DNA of 64,000 nucleotides from the NCBI GenBank assembly GCA_963827655.1, contig CAWHCF010000050.1, forward strand, positions 96,001 to 160,000, given 5' to 3'. Numbering within the stretch: position 1 is the stretch's first letter; every line of letters starts with the position of its first letter. Below the pieces are notes generated by a model that saw only the letters and a list, made by a program, of their open reading frames with translations, did no database searches and was not told where the DNA came from. Below, piece after piece: positions 1-9,494 of this stretch. This stretch comes from an uncultured Acidobacteriota bacterium (GTDB lineage: Bacteria > Acidobacteriota > UBA6911). A program made the translations under genes and the position numbers.

Positions 1-722
1 ATGGCGGGGCCATCTCGAATTACAACTCGATGCAAGTCACGGTATCGAAGCGGCTGTCACACGGGCTTCAGTTCGACAGTTCCTACACCTGGGCCAAAAA
101 CCTGGATGAAGGGAATAACCATCAAGACAGCTACGACATCGCAAACGACTGGTCGCTGACCGACATCGATCTGGCGCACCGGTTCGTCATGAGCTACATC
201 TACGAGCTGCCTTTCGGACGCAACCGGCACTTCGGCCAGGGCTGGTCCCCCTGGCTCAACGCAATTGCCGGAGGGTGGCAGTTCAACGGGATCACGGTAT
301 TCCAGAGCGGGACCACGCTGGCGCTGTCGGCGAGCAACACGGCCGGGATTTTCAACCCCTTGACCCGCCCGAACAACAACGGCCGCAGCGGGAAGCTGGA
401 CGGCCCGGTCGATGAGCGCCTGGATGCTTATTTCGACAAGTCGGTCTACAGCCCGCCACCCGCCTTTACTTTCGGGAATGTCAGCATGAGGCTCCCGGAC
501 ATCCGCAACGACGGCGTGCGCAATTTCGACCTGTCGATCTTCAAGGAGTTCCGGGTGGCCGAGAGGGTGAACGTGCAGTTCCGGACCGAGATGCTGAACG
601 CGTTCAACACCCCGCGCTTCGGCTCGCCGAACACGACCGTCACTGCGGGTGCGTTCGGCGTGATCAGCTCGCAGGCCAATGCGCCCCGTCAGGTTCAGTT
701 CGGGCTCAAGATCCTGTGGTAG
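1..722 (+). CDS. TonB-dependent receptor (Oar-like), C-terminal part, 5' truncated by window edge
   Basis: Beta-barrel C-terminus typical of acidobacterial receptors: [37 protein letters not shown]. Confidence 0.9.
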   Translation, partial: GGAISNYNSMQVTVSKRLSHGLQFDSSYTWAKNLDEGNNHQDSYDIANDWSLTDIDLAHRFVMSYIYELPFGRNRHFGQGWSPWLNAIAGGWQFNGITVFQSGTTLALSASNTAGIFNPLTRPNNNGRSGKLDGPVDERLDAYFDKSVYSPPPAFTFGNVSMRLPDIRNDGVRNFDLSIFKEFRVAERVNVQFRTEMLNAFNTPRFGSPNTTVTAGAFGVISSQANAPRQVQFGLKILW

Positions 723-785
723 GCCTTCGCCCGTATTCCAAGGACGCGCGCCCGCTAAACGGCCAAACTCCGTACCCCGCCCTCA

Positions 786-1012
786 GAAGATGTGAAAGAG
801 TTGGTCTGTGGGCGGGATGACAATGTTGCAAAACCCGCCCGGTTCATGTGCGGACGGGCTATCAAGCCCGTCCGGCCCCCTAGCGGCATTCTCAGTGGCC
901 CGGAATCGAGCGACCGCTCGCCTACACCCGAGGCCAAGCCGGAAGCTGCTGAGCCACATTTCCAGGGTAGAGCTGAAAACTTCAACGGATCTCATATGCG
1001 CGCCACAGACGC
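786..1012 (+). mobile_element. Degenerate nested MITE remnant (MITE-B left end enclosing a MITE-A copy)
   Basis: GAAGATGTGAAA at 786 matches 28303. TGTTGCAAAAC-CGCCCGGTTCATGTGCGGACGGGCTATCAAGCCCGTCCG (824-874) matches the 4723 and 28449 copies. Confidence 0.6.
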
Positions 1013-1144
1013 AATTATTTCTCCGCCTCCGGACGTGCGTAAGCTTGCTAAGCTTGCTCCGCGCCCGCATGCCTTCAGCTGACTTCCTGCGCGGTAGCGA
1101 AGCATCCGGAACAGGCTGACCACGAGCGAGCACGAAGAGCACGA

Positions 1145-2083
1145 ATGAAATTCACGCAAAAGGATGAACTCATGCGATCACTGGTGGGGAAAGTTGCTCT
1201 CGTCGCGGGCGGCACGCGCGGAGCGGGACGCGGAATCGCGGTCGAACTGGGTGCGGCAGGCGCGACGGTCTATGTGACCGGGCGCACCACCCGAAGCCAG
1301 ATGTCCGAGTATGGCCGCCCCGAGACCATCGAGGAGACCGCGGCGCTGGTCACCGGAATCGGCGGTGAAGGGGTGGCGATTCGCGTCGATCATCTTGTCC
1401 CGAACGAGGTCGAAGCGCTAGTCGCCCGAATTCGAAGCGAACGCGGAAGGCTCGATATTCTGGTAAATGACATCTGGGGTGGCGAACATTTGTTCGAGTG
1501 GAACAAGGCAGTCTGGGAGCACAATCTGGAAAACGGGTTGCGATTGGTGAGACTTGCTGTCGACACGCATCTCATTACTGCACACCACGCTCTTCCACTC
1601 ATGATCGCGAAGCCTGGCGGCCTCCTGGTCGAGGTAACCGATGGCACGGCGGAGTATAACGAGGACCACTACCGCCTGTCGGTGTTCTATGATCTTGCGA
1701 AGGTGGCCGCCATCCGGATGGCATGGGCGCACGCCAAGGATCTTGCGCCCTATGGAGCCTCAGCGGTTTCCATAACCCCGGGGTGGATGCGCTCTGAGAT
1801 GATGCTCGACAACTATGGCGTTACCGAAGAGAACTGGCGCGACGCCACTGCCAAATCGCCGCACTTTGTGATTTCTGAATCGCCGCGTTTCGTTGGACGC
1901 GCTGTCGTCGCTCTCGCCGCCGATCCGGAGCGAGCCCGCTGGACAGGAGAATCGCTTTCAAGCGGTGGGCTGGCGAAGGTCTATGGCTTCACGGATCTCG
2001 ACGGATCGCAACCGGACTGCTGGCGCTATATTCGAGAGGTTCAGGACGCCGGCAAACCGGCAGATGCGACCGGGTACCGATGA
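1145..2083 (+). CDS. SDR family oxidoreductase (DHRS1-like); start may be 1172
   Basis: AGGTRGAGRG Rossmann motif, LDILVND, YDLAK (YxxxK). Confidence 0.9.
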   Translation: MKFTQKDELMRSLVGKVALVAGGTRGAGRGIAVELGAAGATVYVTGRTTRSQMSEYGRPETIEETAALVTGIGGEGVAIRVDHLVPNEVEALVARIRSERGRLDILVNDIWGGEHLFEWNKAVWEHNLENGLRLVRLAVDTHLITAHHALPLMIAKPGGLLVEVTDGTAEYNEDHYRLSVFYDLAKVAAIRMAWAHAKDLAPYGASAVSITPGWMRSEMMLDNYGVTEENWRDATAKSPHFVISESPRFVGRAVVALAADPERARWTGESLSSGGLAKVYGFTDLDGSQPDCWRYIREVQDAGKPADATGYR

Positions 2084-2242
2084 GTCGTCCGGGAGTAAGA
2101 GTCCACGCCGCGCCCGGCAATGCGGTAAACGCGTGACGTTATTTCCTGCCCGAGCAAATTTACCGTAACGCCAGATTGATTCGATATTGATACGAACTCC
2201 AGCCATAGGCTAAGCTGCGCGCACACTTCGAGGGAAAGTCTG

Positions 2243-3913
2243 ATGACCGCGAGCGAGCCCATTACCGGTATCTTCGTTTCGGTGCTCTCCCTCTATCTGG
2301 GTGGGCTCGCGATCCTGACCTGGGTTTCTTATCGCAAGACCGATTCCGTCAAGGAATTCCTCGCAATGGGCGGGACTGCCGGAAGCATCCTGACAGGCTT
2401 CGCCTATTTCGCGACCCAGTTCAGCATGAGCTCTCTCGTTGGCGTGCCCGGGACGCTCTACTTCGTCGGCTTCGCCGGTCTGGGCATCATCCTGCCGATC
2501 GCGATGCTCAGCATGGCCTTCGGCACATTCGTCGGCGGTCGGCGGCTCAACGCGCTCTCGCACTCGCTCGAGCTGTGGACGCTGCCGGATTATCTCGCGT
2601 CGCGATTCAACAGCAACGCCATCAGGCTGCTGGCGGCGCTGATGATCATCGTGTTCCTGATTCCGTACATTGCGGCTCAGCTCGTGGGCGCCGGCGTGAT
2701 TTTCAATGTCTTCACCGGTGGCTCGTATTCGCTCGGCGTAGTGATCATGGGGACGGTCGTGGTTGCCTACTGCATGCTCGGCGGGATGCGGGCCGCGGTT
2801 CTGACCGACGCTCTGCAGGCAGTGCTGATGATCGCGGCCGCAATCATGACCTTCGCCGCGACGATGGCCCGGGGCGGGGGGATCGAGCAGGTCACGGGCC
2901 GGCTGGCGGCCGTGAATCCCGGTGCGCTGTCGTTTCCGGGCGCGCCCCATGCGCTGCTCGACTGGCGCGGCTACGTGAGCCAGATCCTCATGTGGACTCT
3001 GTTCTCGCTGGGTCAGCCGCAGCTCGTCAACAAGTTCTTCGTCGCGCGCAGCTATAACGCGCTTGTGGGGGCCTCATTGCTTTCGGGTGTGGCGATGACC
3101 CTGACCTGCGTTACGATCTGGAGCGCCGGGGCAATGGCGGCCGTGGTGGTTCCCGGAATCAGCGAGCCGGACTGGGTGGTGCCGACGCTGCTGCGCGCCA
3201 CGACCGGGCCCGTGGTGGCCAGCACCGTCCAGGCTGGAATCCTGGCCGCCGGAATGTCGACCATCGATTCGATCCTGCTGATGATCGGCGCCGCATTCTC
3301 GCGCGACCTCTACGGCAAGGTGCTTCGCCCCGGCGCCGATGACCGCACCGTGCTGCGCGTGTCGCGCAATGCGACGCTGGTTGCGGGCCTGGTCGCGCTC
3401 GCGCTGGCGTTCGCACGCCCGGCGACGATCTTCCAGATGGTCCTCTTCGGCTGGTCGGGCACCGGCATCCTTGCCGTAGCCGTGGTCGCGGGGCTCTACT
3501 GGCGTCGCGCGACCGCTGCAGGCGCCAGCGCAGGCACGCTCGCGGGCGTCGTCGCGCTCCTGGCTGCAACCTTTGCGTTTCCCGGCTTGGCGCTGGGCTT
3601 TCATCCCATCGTGGTGGCCGCTGCCACCGGCTGCCTCGTGCTCGGCGGCGTAAGCCTCCTGACGCGGCCGGCGCCGGAATCCGTGCTCCAGCTACACTTC
3701 GCTCCCGGAGACCCGGGCGCACGCCGGCGTGACCGCCGGTACGCGCCGGTCTTCGCCGCCTGCTTTCTTGTTCCCTGGCTCCCGGTCCCGTTCGTCTTTC
3801 CGTGGAAGCGGTACCTCGCCGGGTGGTTCGGCGTGCCGGTGTTCGTCTGGGTCTGGCTGGGACTGCAGGTTGCTAGCGGCGCAGCGCTGGCACTCTATCG
3901 GCGCAAGGCATGA
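2243..3913 (+). CDS. Sodium:solute symporter (SSS/PanF-like) with an extra C-terminal hydrophobic segment
   Basis: Many TM helices; TLPDYLASRF, GGMRAAVLTDALQ, AAGMSTIDS motifs. Confidence 0.9.
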   Translation: MTASEPITGIFVSVLSLYLGGLAILTWVSYRKTDSVKEFLAMGGTAGSILTGFAYFATQFSMSSLVGVPGTLYFVGFAGLGIILPIAMLSMAFGTFVGGRRLNALSHSLELWTLPDYLASRFNSNAIRLLAALMIIVFLIPYIAAQLVGAGVIFNVFTGGSYSLGVVIMGTVVVAYCMLGGMRAAVLTDALQAVLMIAAAIMTFAATMARGGGIEQVTGRLAAVNPGALSFPGAPHALLDWRGYVSQILMWTLFSLGQPQLVNKFFVARSYNALVGASLLSGVAMTLTCVTIWSAGAMAAVVVPGISEPDWVVPTLLRATTGPVVASTVQAGILAAGMSTIDSILLMIGAAFSRDLYGKVLRPGADDRTVLRVSRNATLVAGLVALALAFARPATIFQMVLFGWSGTGILAVAVVAGLYWRRATAAGASAGTLAGVVALLAATFAFPGLALGFHPIVVAAATGCLVLGGVSLLTRPAPESVLQLHFAPGDPGARRRDRRYAPVFAACFLVPWLPVPFVFPWKRYLAGWFGVPVFVWVWLGLQVASGAALALYRRKA

Positions 3914-4659
3914 TCATGTCGAGAACGGTCTTGATTACCGGTGGCGCCGGCGGGATCGGGTTGGCTGCGGCCCGGCGGTTCGCGGACGAAGGATCCCGCA
4001 TCGTTCTGGTCGATCTCGATGAGCGGGCGCTCGAGCGCGCCCGCTCGACTCTGGTCGGCGACGGCGGACGCGTCGACATCGTCGAGTGCGACGTTGCCGG
4101 ACATGCAGCCGTACAGGCGGCCGCGCGAGGCGTCCTGGACCGGTGCGGCGCCGTCGAGGTGCTCGTGAATAATGCCGGCATCTCGCAGCCGAAGGGTGTT
4201 CTGGAGCTGGAAGACGCCGAGTGGGATCGGACGCTCGCCATCAACCTCAAAGGGGCGTTCAACTGGTGCCGGGCCTTGCTTCCCGCGATGCTCGAGGCTG
4301 GGCGCGGGAAGATCGTCAACGTCGCATCGATGAGCGCCAAGATGGGAGGAGGCCCGGGCACGATCAGCCGCGCTTGCTACGCCGCGTCCAAGGCCGGCCT
4401 GCTGGGCTTCACGCGGGGACTTGCCCGCGAGGTCGCGCCCGCGGTCACGGTCAACGCCGTCTGCCCGGGCCTGATCGACACCTCGATGACCCGTGCCTTT
4501 ATTGCGCGGGCCGGCGATGAGATTGCGGCTGGAATCCCGCTTGGGCGACTCGGGACGCCCGATGACGTCGCCGGCGTTATCCAGTTCCTCGCTTCGCCTG
4601 CGGCCGCCTGGATCACCGGCGAAGTCGTGGACTGCAACGGCGGAACTTATATCGACTGA
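3910..4659 (+). CDS. SDR family oxidoreductase (FabG-like)
   Basis: TGGAGGIG, VNNAG, YAASK; ATGA overlap with the symporter. Confidence 0.92.
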   Translation: MIMSRTVLITGGAGGIGLAAARRFADEGSRIVLVDLDERALERARSTLVGDGGRVDIVECDVAGHAAVQAAARGVLDRCGAVEVLVNNAGISQPKGVLELEDAEWDRTLAINLKGAFNWCRALLPAMLEAGRGKIVNVASMSAKMGGGPGTISRACYAASKAGLLGFTRGLAREVAPAVTVNAVCPGLIDTSMTRAFIARAGDEIAAGIPLGRLGTPDDVAGVIQFLASPAAAWITGEVVDCNGGTYID

Positions 4660-4722
4660 GCGCGAGCGCTAGACGAGAGCGTTCGAGGAACCGTACCGAA
4701 TTTGGTGTTGCGCAGGTCATCA

Positions 4723-4912
4723 GAGACTGTTGCAAAACTCGCCCGGTTCATGTGCGGACGGGCTATCAAGCCCGTCCGGCTCCGAACTTTTTAAGGTTAA
4801 GGCATTCGCGATTCCGTATACTTGCGACGGGCCAATGCGACGCACTGTCTGCAAAGGGCTCAAGAGTGTCTGAGCCACACTACCAGGGGAATCTGAGTTT
4901 TGAGACAGTCTC
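4723..4912 (+). mobile_element. MITE-A (190 bp), 18-bp TIRs, 4-bp ATCA target duplication
   Basis: GAGACTGTTGCAAAACTC...GAGTTTTGAGACAGTCTC (16/18 inverted match); ATCA at 4719-4722 and 4913-4916; flanks GCAGGTC/GACCTGT form a hairpin. Confidence 0.85.
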
Positions 4913-5103
4913 ATCAGACCTGTGCGTCGAGCGCGCCGATGGCGCGGCACCTGCGTGTAAGGTTCAGCGCTTGCTACCACACTCCAAGAGGGATTTTATC
5001 CTTGACTGCAACGCGAACGTCATCCTATCTAGGAGCAACTTTCCAACACCAATGAGACGAGAAACCGTCTCGCTCAATCTCTTTGATGCGCGAGGTAAAC
5101 TGA

Positions 5104-6351
5104 TTGCTGCGAAGAGAGTTCCTTAGTTATTTCGCGTCGAGCTATTCGCTCTGGCTTCGAGACGCCCGGGCAGCCGGCACCTCGCGGGTTCCCAAGCTGA
5201 AAATCACGGCTATCAAGGCGCTTCGGCTCCGCGACCTGAATAATCATTTCGTTCGCGTCTACACCGATCAAGGACTACACGGAACGGGCGAGACCTTTGA
5301 CACCATCGGCGTCACCGAGATCGTGAACGGCTATCTCGGACCTGCGCTGGCGGGCCGCGATCCTCTCGATATCGAAGCCATCTACCAGGATCTTTGGACC
5401 ACGCAGGTTATTCCCGGCGGACAGCGGCCTGCATTCATGCGGGGCATGGGCGGCCCCTATCTCAGCGCGGTGAGCGCTACGGAGATGGCCTTGTGGGATC
5501 TTGCAGGCAGGGCTCTCCAGGTGCCGGCCTATCGATTGTTTGGCGGCAAGGTGCGCGACAAGGTCGCCGTCTACTTCCCGTCGAACAGCGCGGCGCGGGC
5601 CGCTGAGGTTGTGCGCTCAACCGGAGTCCGCGCCGTAAAGCTCGCCGCCGACGAAGTCCTGGAGCGGCTGAAGGCGGAAGGTAAGGTCTCGAACCTCTTC
5701 GATCCGGCGAGATCGGCGGGCCTGCGGCTGACGACCGCCGAGATCGACGCTCTGGCGGGAGTGGTGGCGTCCGTGCGCGAGGCGGTCGGACCCGGGATCG
5801 GAATTGCGGTAGATGCGCATACCAAGTTCGACACGGAAAGCGCCATCCAGCTGGCGGTGGCGCTGGAACCGTACCGGTTGCTCTGGTTGGAAGAGCCGGT
5901 GCCGAGCGACAACCGGGACGCACTTGCCGAGGTGAGGCGCCGGACCCGCACCCCTATTGCCTGCGGCGAGAATGTCTACACACGCTACGGCTTTCGAGAG
6001 ATCCTGGAGAGGCAGGCAGCGAGCATCATTCAGCCCGATGTAGGCAAGTGCGGCGGTTTGTGGGAGGCTCGAAAGATCGCGGCGCTGGCTGAAATCCATT
6101 ACGTTCCGGTCGCGGCCCACGGCGTATTTTCGCCGCTGGGGACCATGGCGTCCGCTCAATTCGGCGCGTCGATTCCCAACTTCATGATCCAGGAATGGGC
6201 GCGCTTCCTGCATCCGGTCATCAACAAGATCGCCGCGCCCCTGCCTTATAGCGCCGGATATCTCGAGATTCCCGACTCGCCGGGGCTGGGTGTGGAGTTG
6301 AAGGACGAGGTACTTCAGGAACTGGCGGCGCCGGGGTCGCCGCGCTTGTGA
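5104..6351 (+). CDS. Mandelate racemase/muconate lactonizing enzyme family (sugar-acid dehydratase-like), Tat-like RR leader
   Basis: LRREFL leader; ALWDLAGR, VDAH, WLEEP, CGEN, IQPD, PGLG motifs. Confidence 0.9.
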   Translation: MLRREFLSYFASSYSLWLRDARAAGTSRVPKLKITAIKALRLRDLNNHFVRVYTDQGLHGTGETFDTIGVTEIVNGYLGPALAGRDPLDIEAIYQDLWTTQVIPGGQRPAFMRGMGGPYLSAVSATEMALWDLAGRALQVPAYRLFGGKVRDKVAVYFPSNSAARAAEVVRSTGVRAVKLAADEVLERLKAEGKVSNLFDPARSAGLRLTTAEIDALAGVVASVREAVGPGIGIAVDAHTKFDTESAIQLAVALEPYRLLWLEEPVPSDNRDALAEVRRRTRTPIACGENVYTRYGFREILERQAASIIQPDVGKCGGLWEARKIAALAEIHYVPVAAHGVFSPLGTMASAQFGASIPNFMIQEWARFLHPVINKIAAPLPYSAGYLEIPDSPGLGVELKDEVLQELAAPGSPRL

Positions 6352-6731
6352 GAGGTCGAGCCCGAGACAAGCTCATTCCACTCTCGGTCGTGCCGGCGCA
6401 TTTCCTCGTCCTGTGCCTGAAGCTCCTGAGCGTACTTGCGGATGCGCGGGTCGGAATGCGTGAGATAACGCTCGAAGGCCTTCCGTTGCTTTCGGCGGAT
6501 GAACCCTTCCCAGCTAACCAGCCGCTCGAGGTCGTGGAGATCCTGTCGATACGCCAGTTCTTCCTGTCCGAGTCGAGAACAGTCCTGGCAGAGGTGACGA
6601 GCGTGCCCGTGCCCGGAAAAGCGCTCGTGCGCACGGATCGTTCCGCAGCACCAGCAGAAGTGACCGCGCTTCTTCTTTCCCCGCTTCACCGGCCGAGCAT
6701 CCTTCCTCGGTCGTGTGGGCGATTTACCCAC
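6315..6731 (-). CDS. Small basic hypothetical protein with putative Zn ribbon
   Basis: CWCC...HGHARHLCQDC; overlaps the enolase 3' end convergently. Confidence 0.6.
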   Translation of the reverse strand: MGKSPTRPRKDARPVKRGKKKRGHFCWCCGTIRAHERFSGHGHARHLCQDCSRLGQEELAYRQDLHDLERLVSWEGFIRRKQRKAFERYLTHSDPRIRKYAQELQAQDEEMRRHDREWNELVSGSTSHKRGDPGAASS

Positions 6732-6786
6732 CTGTTAACAACGCGGGCAAGGTCAGAGAAGGAAACCGAGACACCGGATCTCCATT

Positions 6787-7188
6787 TCACCTTATCCATG
6801 CCACAGTGATTTCCCGCTCCACGAGCTTGAAATCCGGGTCGCTTGTGATTAGTTCGGCCTTCTTTGCCTTGCTAAGGGCGGCGGCGAAGGCATCGGCGAG
6901 GCCAAGGCCATGCTCGGTTTTGAATCGCGCGGCCAACTCAGCCAGCTCGCGGTCGAGCGCAGCCACTTCGAGCGGCATGGTCCGCTCGAATCTTTTGGCG
7001 GCCTCGGTGCCGTTTGCGCCTCGCTTCCGCTGCATCCGGTAGAGAACTTCACACCAGTTTGCTGCCGTGATGAGAAGGGGCTTGTCAGCCTCGGCGGCCT
7101 TGAGAAGCAAGATCTCTACTCTCTCCGCGCCGGGCTCGTCGAAAAATAGCGCTAGCACCGCCGAAGCATCAAGGACAGTGGTTTTCAT
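6787..7188 (-). CDS. vapC: VapC-family PIN-domain toxin
   Basis: VLDASAVLA, NWCEV, LGLADAF, LITSD PIN motifs. Confidence 0.9.
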   Translation of the reverse strand: MKTTVLDASAVLALFFDEPGAERVEILLLKAAEADKPLLITAANWCEVLYRMQRKRGANGTEAAKRFERTMPLEVAALDRELAELAARFKTEHGLGLADAFAAALSKAKKAELITSDPDFKLVEREITVAWIR

Positions 7189-7267
7189 GAGCCTTCATTC
7201 TTGTGACGGGCCATCGTTGTCATGGTGTTTGATAAGGGCTGTCGCATTGTTTCAGCGCGTCCGGCTT

Positions 7268-7516
7268 TCAGGATTCCTCGCGCTTGCGCTCCGCGGCGCG
7301 ATCCTCGCGCAGTTCCTGAGTAGCGGGCTTCTCGCCAGGCTTGAGTTTGAAGATGCCGCGAAAACTGCGGATGTACTCGCGGGTGACCGGTTGAAGGATG
7401 ATGCGCCCATTCTCCTCCAGGAAGTTAATACGGGTGCCGGGCTTGATGCCATAGCGCCGTCGTATCCCCGATGGCACTACTAACTGACCCTTCGATGTGA
7501 CATAGGCGGTGTGCAT
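7268..7516 (-). CDS. AbrB/MazE/SpoVT-type antitoxin
   Basis: VTSKGQLVVPSGIRRRYGIKPG swapped-hairpin motif; upstream of the PIN gene. Confidence 0.88.
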   Translation of the reverse strand: MHTAYVTSKGQLVVPSGIRRRYGIKPGTRINFLEENGRIILQPVTREYIRSFRGIFKLKPGEKPATQELREDRAAERKREES

Positions 7517-7632
7517 GTCTTTGTCTTTCCTCTTTGGATAAGATAGCACCTGTTTAAAAGTAAGGCAATGAGCTCAGGTAAGACACTTCTGAAAAATAGC
7601 CACCCCTTCGACCCACCGGCGTCTGCCTTCTC

Positions 7633-8479
7633 CTACTGCTTTACCGCCGGGAGCGACTGGCCGCGCATGTCCGACCACAGGTCGCCGACGTCGGCGATGC
7701 GGCCGGCCATCGTCCGCAGCGTGAATGTCCGGGGGCCGACCTCGCCGCGTTCGAGCTCCTCCCACGTGCACGGCGCGGACACGGGCGCGCCGGGCTTCGC
7801 CCGCACGGCGTAGGGCGCGGCGAACGTCGCGCTGTAGCCGTTGCGTCCGGTGTCGACCAGGATGCGGCCGCCGCGATCGGCCTTGCTGAACTCCTGGGTG
7901 AGGTGCTGCGGATCGCGCTTGACCAGGATCGTACCGACGGCGTGTGCGAACCTCGAGACCTCGCCGAAGCCGGCCTTGCCGTCGAGCGGGACGACGATGT
8001 GGAACCCCTTGGAGCCCGATGTCTTCACCCAGCTGGTCAGAGCCAAGCTCATTCAGGAGGTCGCGAAGCCCGAGCGCTGCCGCGCGCAGGACGTCCGGCT
8101 CATCTTCGGACGGGTCGAGGTCGAAGACGCAGATGTCGGGCTGGTACAGGTTCGGCGCGCGGGACGTCCACACGTGCGGCGTGATGCTGTTCTGGTTGGC
8201 CAGCCAGAGCAGCGATCGCGTGTCGCAGACGAGTGGATGGTGCACCGTCCCGCCTTTCTTCGGAACCTCGACGCGCTCCAGCCACTCGGGAAAACCTTTC
8301 GAAACGTCCTTCTGCATGAAGCCCTGCTCGCCGATGCCGGCCGGGTAGCGCTCCATCGTGACCGGACGCGCGCGGATGTGCGGCAGCATGATCGGCGCGA
8401 TCGCTTCGTAGTAGGAGGCGAGCTCGCCCTTGGTGATCCCGTCGTCCGGGAACAGCACCTTCTCGGGGTGCGTGATCAC
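7633..8479 (-). CDS. LigD polymerase/primase domain protein (NHEJ), frameshifted near 8041
   Basis: ITHPEKVLFP, ERYP, FDLDP in one frame, then KTSGSKGFH and APYAVRA in another; GTG start overlaps the ligase TGA. Confidence 0.85.
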
Positions 8480-9354
8480 GCCATCTCCCTCACGACCTCG
8501 CGTGCCGACTTGTCGGTGCGGACGCCGAGCAGCCGGGGATGGCGCAGCTTGCCGTGCACCGTCCATTCGATGAAGGCGACCTGCACGACGATCTCGGGAC
8601 GCACCCAGTGCGCGCGCAGGCGCGGCAGCCCGACGGCCTTGGTGAACGGCGGCGTCGCGATCTCGAGCGTATCCAGCCGCGCGCGGAGGTCCAGCAGCAG
8701 CTTCGTGTCGAAGCCCGTGCCGACCTTCCCGGCGAAGACGAAGTCGTCGTGGTCGAAGTAGCCGACGAGCAGCGCGCCCAGGCCGACCCGTCCGCCCTGC
8801 GGATCGGTGAACCCGCCGACCACGAGCTCCTGCGTCGCCTCGCACTTCATCTTCAGCCAGTGCGGCGAGCGGCGGTGCTCGTAGGGCGAGTCGCGCCGCT
8901 TCGCGATGACGCCCTCCCAGCCCTCGCTGCACGCGCGCTCCCACGGTTTGGCATCTTCGAGTGAAGCCACGCGCTGCAGCGGCGACCGAAGGGGCAACTG
9001 GCTCAAAAGCGCGCGCCGGGCATCGAGCGGCAGCGACGTCACGTCGCGGCCGTCGAGCCAGAGGATGTCGAACACGTGGTAGGCGGTCTCACCCTGCTTG
9101 CCCCACACGCCGGTGGCCTCGCCATCGAGGATCACGTCGTGCACCGGAAGGTTCGCGATGGCCTCGACGACGGAAGGGTAGGACCCGTTCTGCGGCAGCC
9201 GGTTGCGCGACAGGAGGCGGACATCGAGTCCATGTTTGAACGCGAGCAGGCGGATGCCGTCGAGCTTGCGCTCGAAGATCCACTCCGGCCCGGTGAACCG
9301 CTCCTGGGTGAGGGTCGCGGCCATCGGCTCGACCCATTCGGGAAACGCTAACAT
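8476..9354 (-). CDS. ATP-dependent DNA ligase (LigD/LigC ligase domain)
   Basis: ERKLDGIR (KxDG), LDGE, FDIL, EGVIAK, WLKMK, GKVGTGF, LRHP. Confidence 0.92.
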   Translation of the reverse strand: MLAFPEWVEPMAATLTQERFTGPEWIFERKLDGIRLLAFKHGLDVRLLSRNRLPQNGSYPSVVEAIANLPVHDVILDGEATGVWGKQGETAYHVFDILWLDGRDVTSLPLDARRALLSQLPLRSPLQRVASLEDAKPWERACSEGWEGVIAKRRDSPYEHRRSPHWLKMKCEATQELVVGGFTDPQGGRVGLGALLVGYFDHDDFVFAGKVGTGFDTKLLLDLRARLDTLEIATPPFTKAVGLPRLRAHWVRPEIVVQVAFIEWTVHGKLRHPRLLGVRTDKSAREVVREMA

Positions 9355-9366
9355 TGGTCAGGCGTA

Positions 9367-9444
9367 CTTCGCGTTTCTTGGTGTCTTCGCGTCTTTGTGG
9401 TTAGTGCGCGAAATCAAAAGAGAACCGCGAAGACACGAAGAAAC
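9367..9444. repeat. Octamer-arm intergenic hairpin repeat (CACGAAGA family)
   Basis: TCTTCGCG/TCTTTGTG left arm, CGCGAAGACACGAAGAAAC right arm; related copies at 17376, 18286, 30988, 52147, 56468. Confidence 0.75.
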
Positions 9445-9494
9445 GGTAGGTTTCCGGTTTGATTTGCCGGAGAACGTCCGGCCCGACTCGGAGC

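Noticed and set aside
851-874. CGGACGGGCT-ATCA-AGCCCGTCCG as a rho-independent terminator
   Set aside because: No U-tract, and it recurs inside four MITE-A copies, so it is better explained as part of the element
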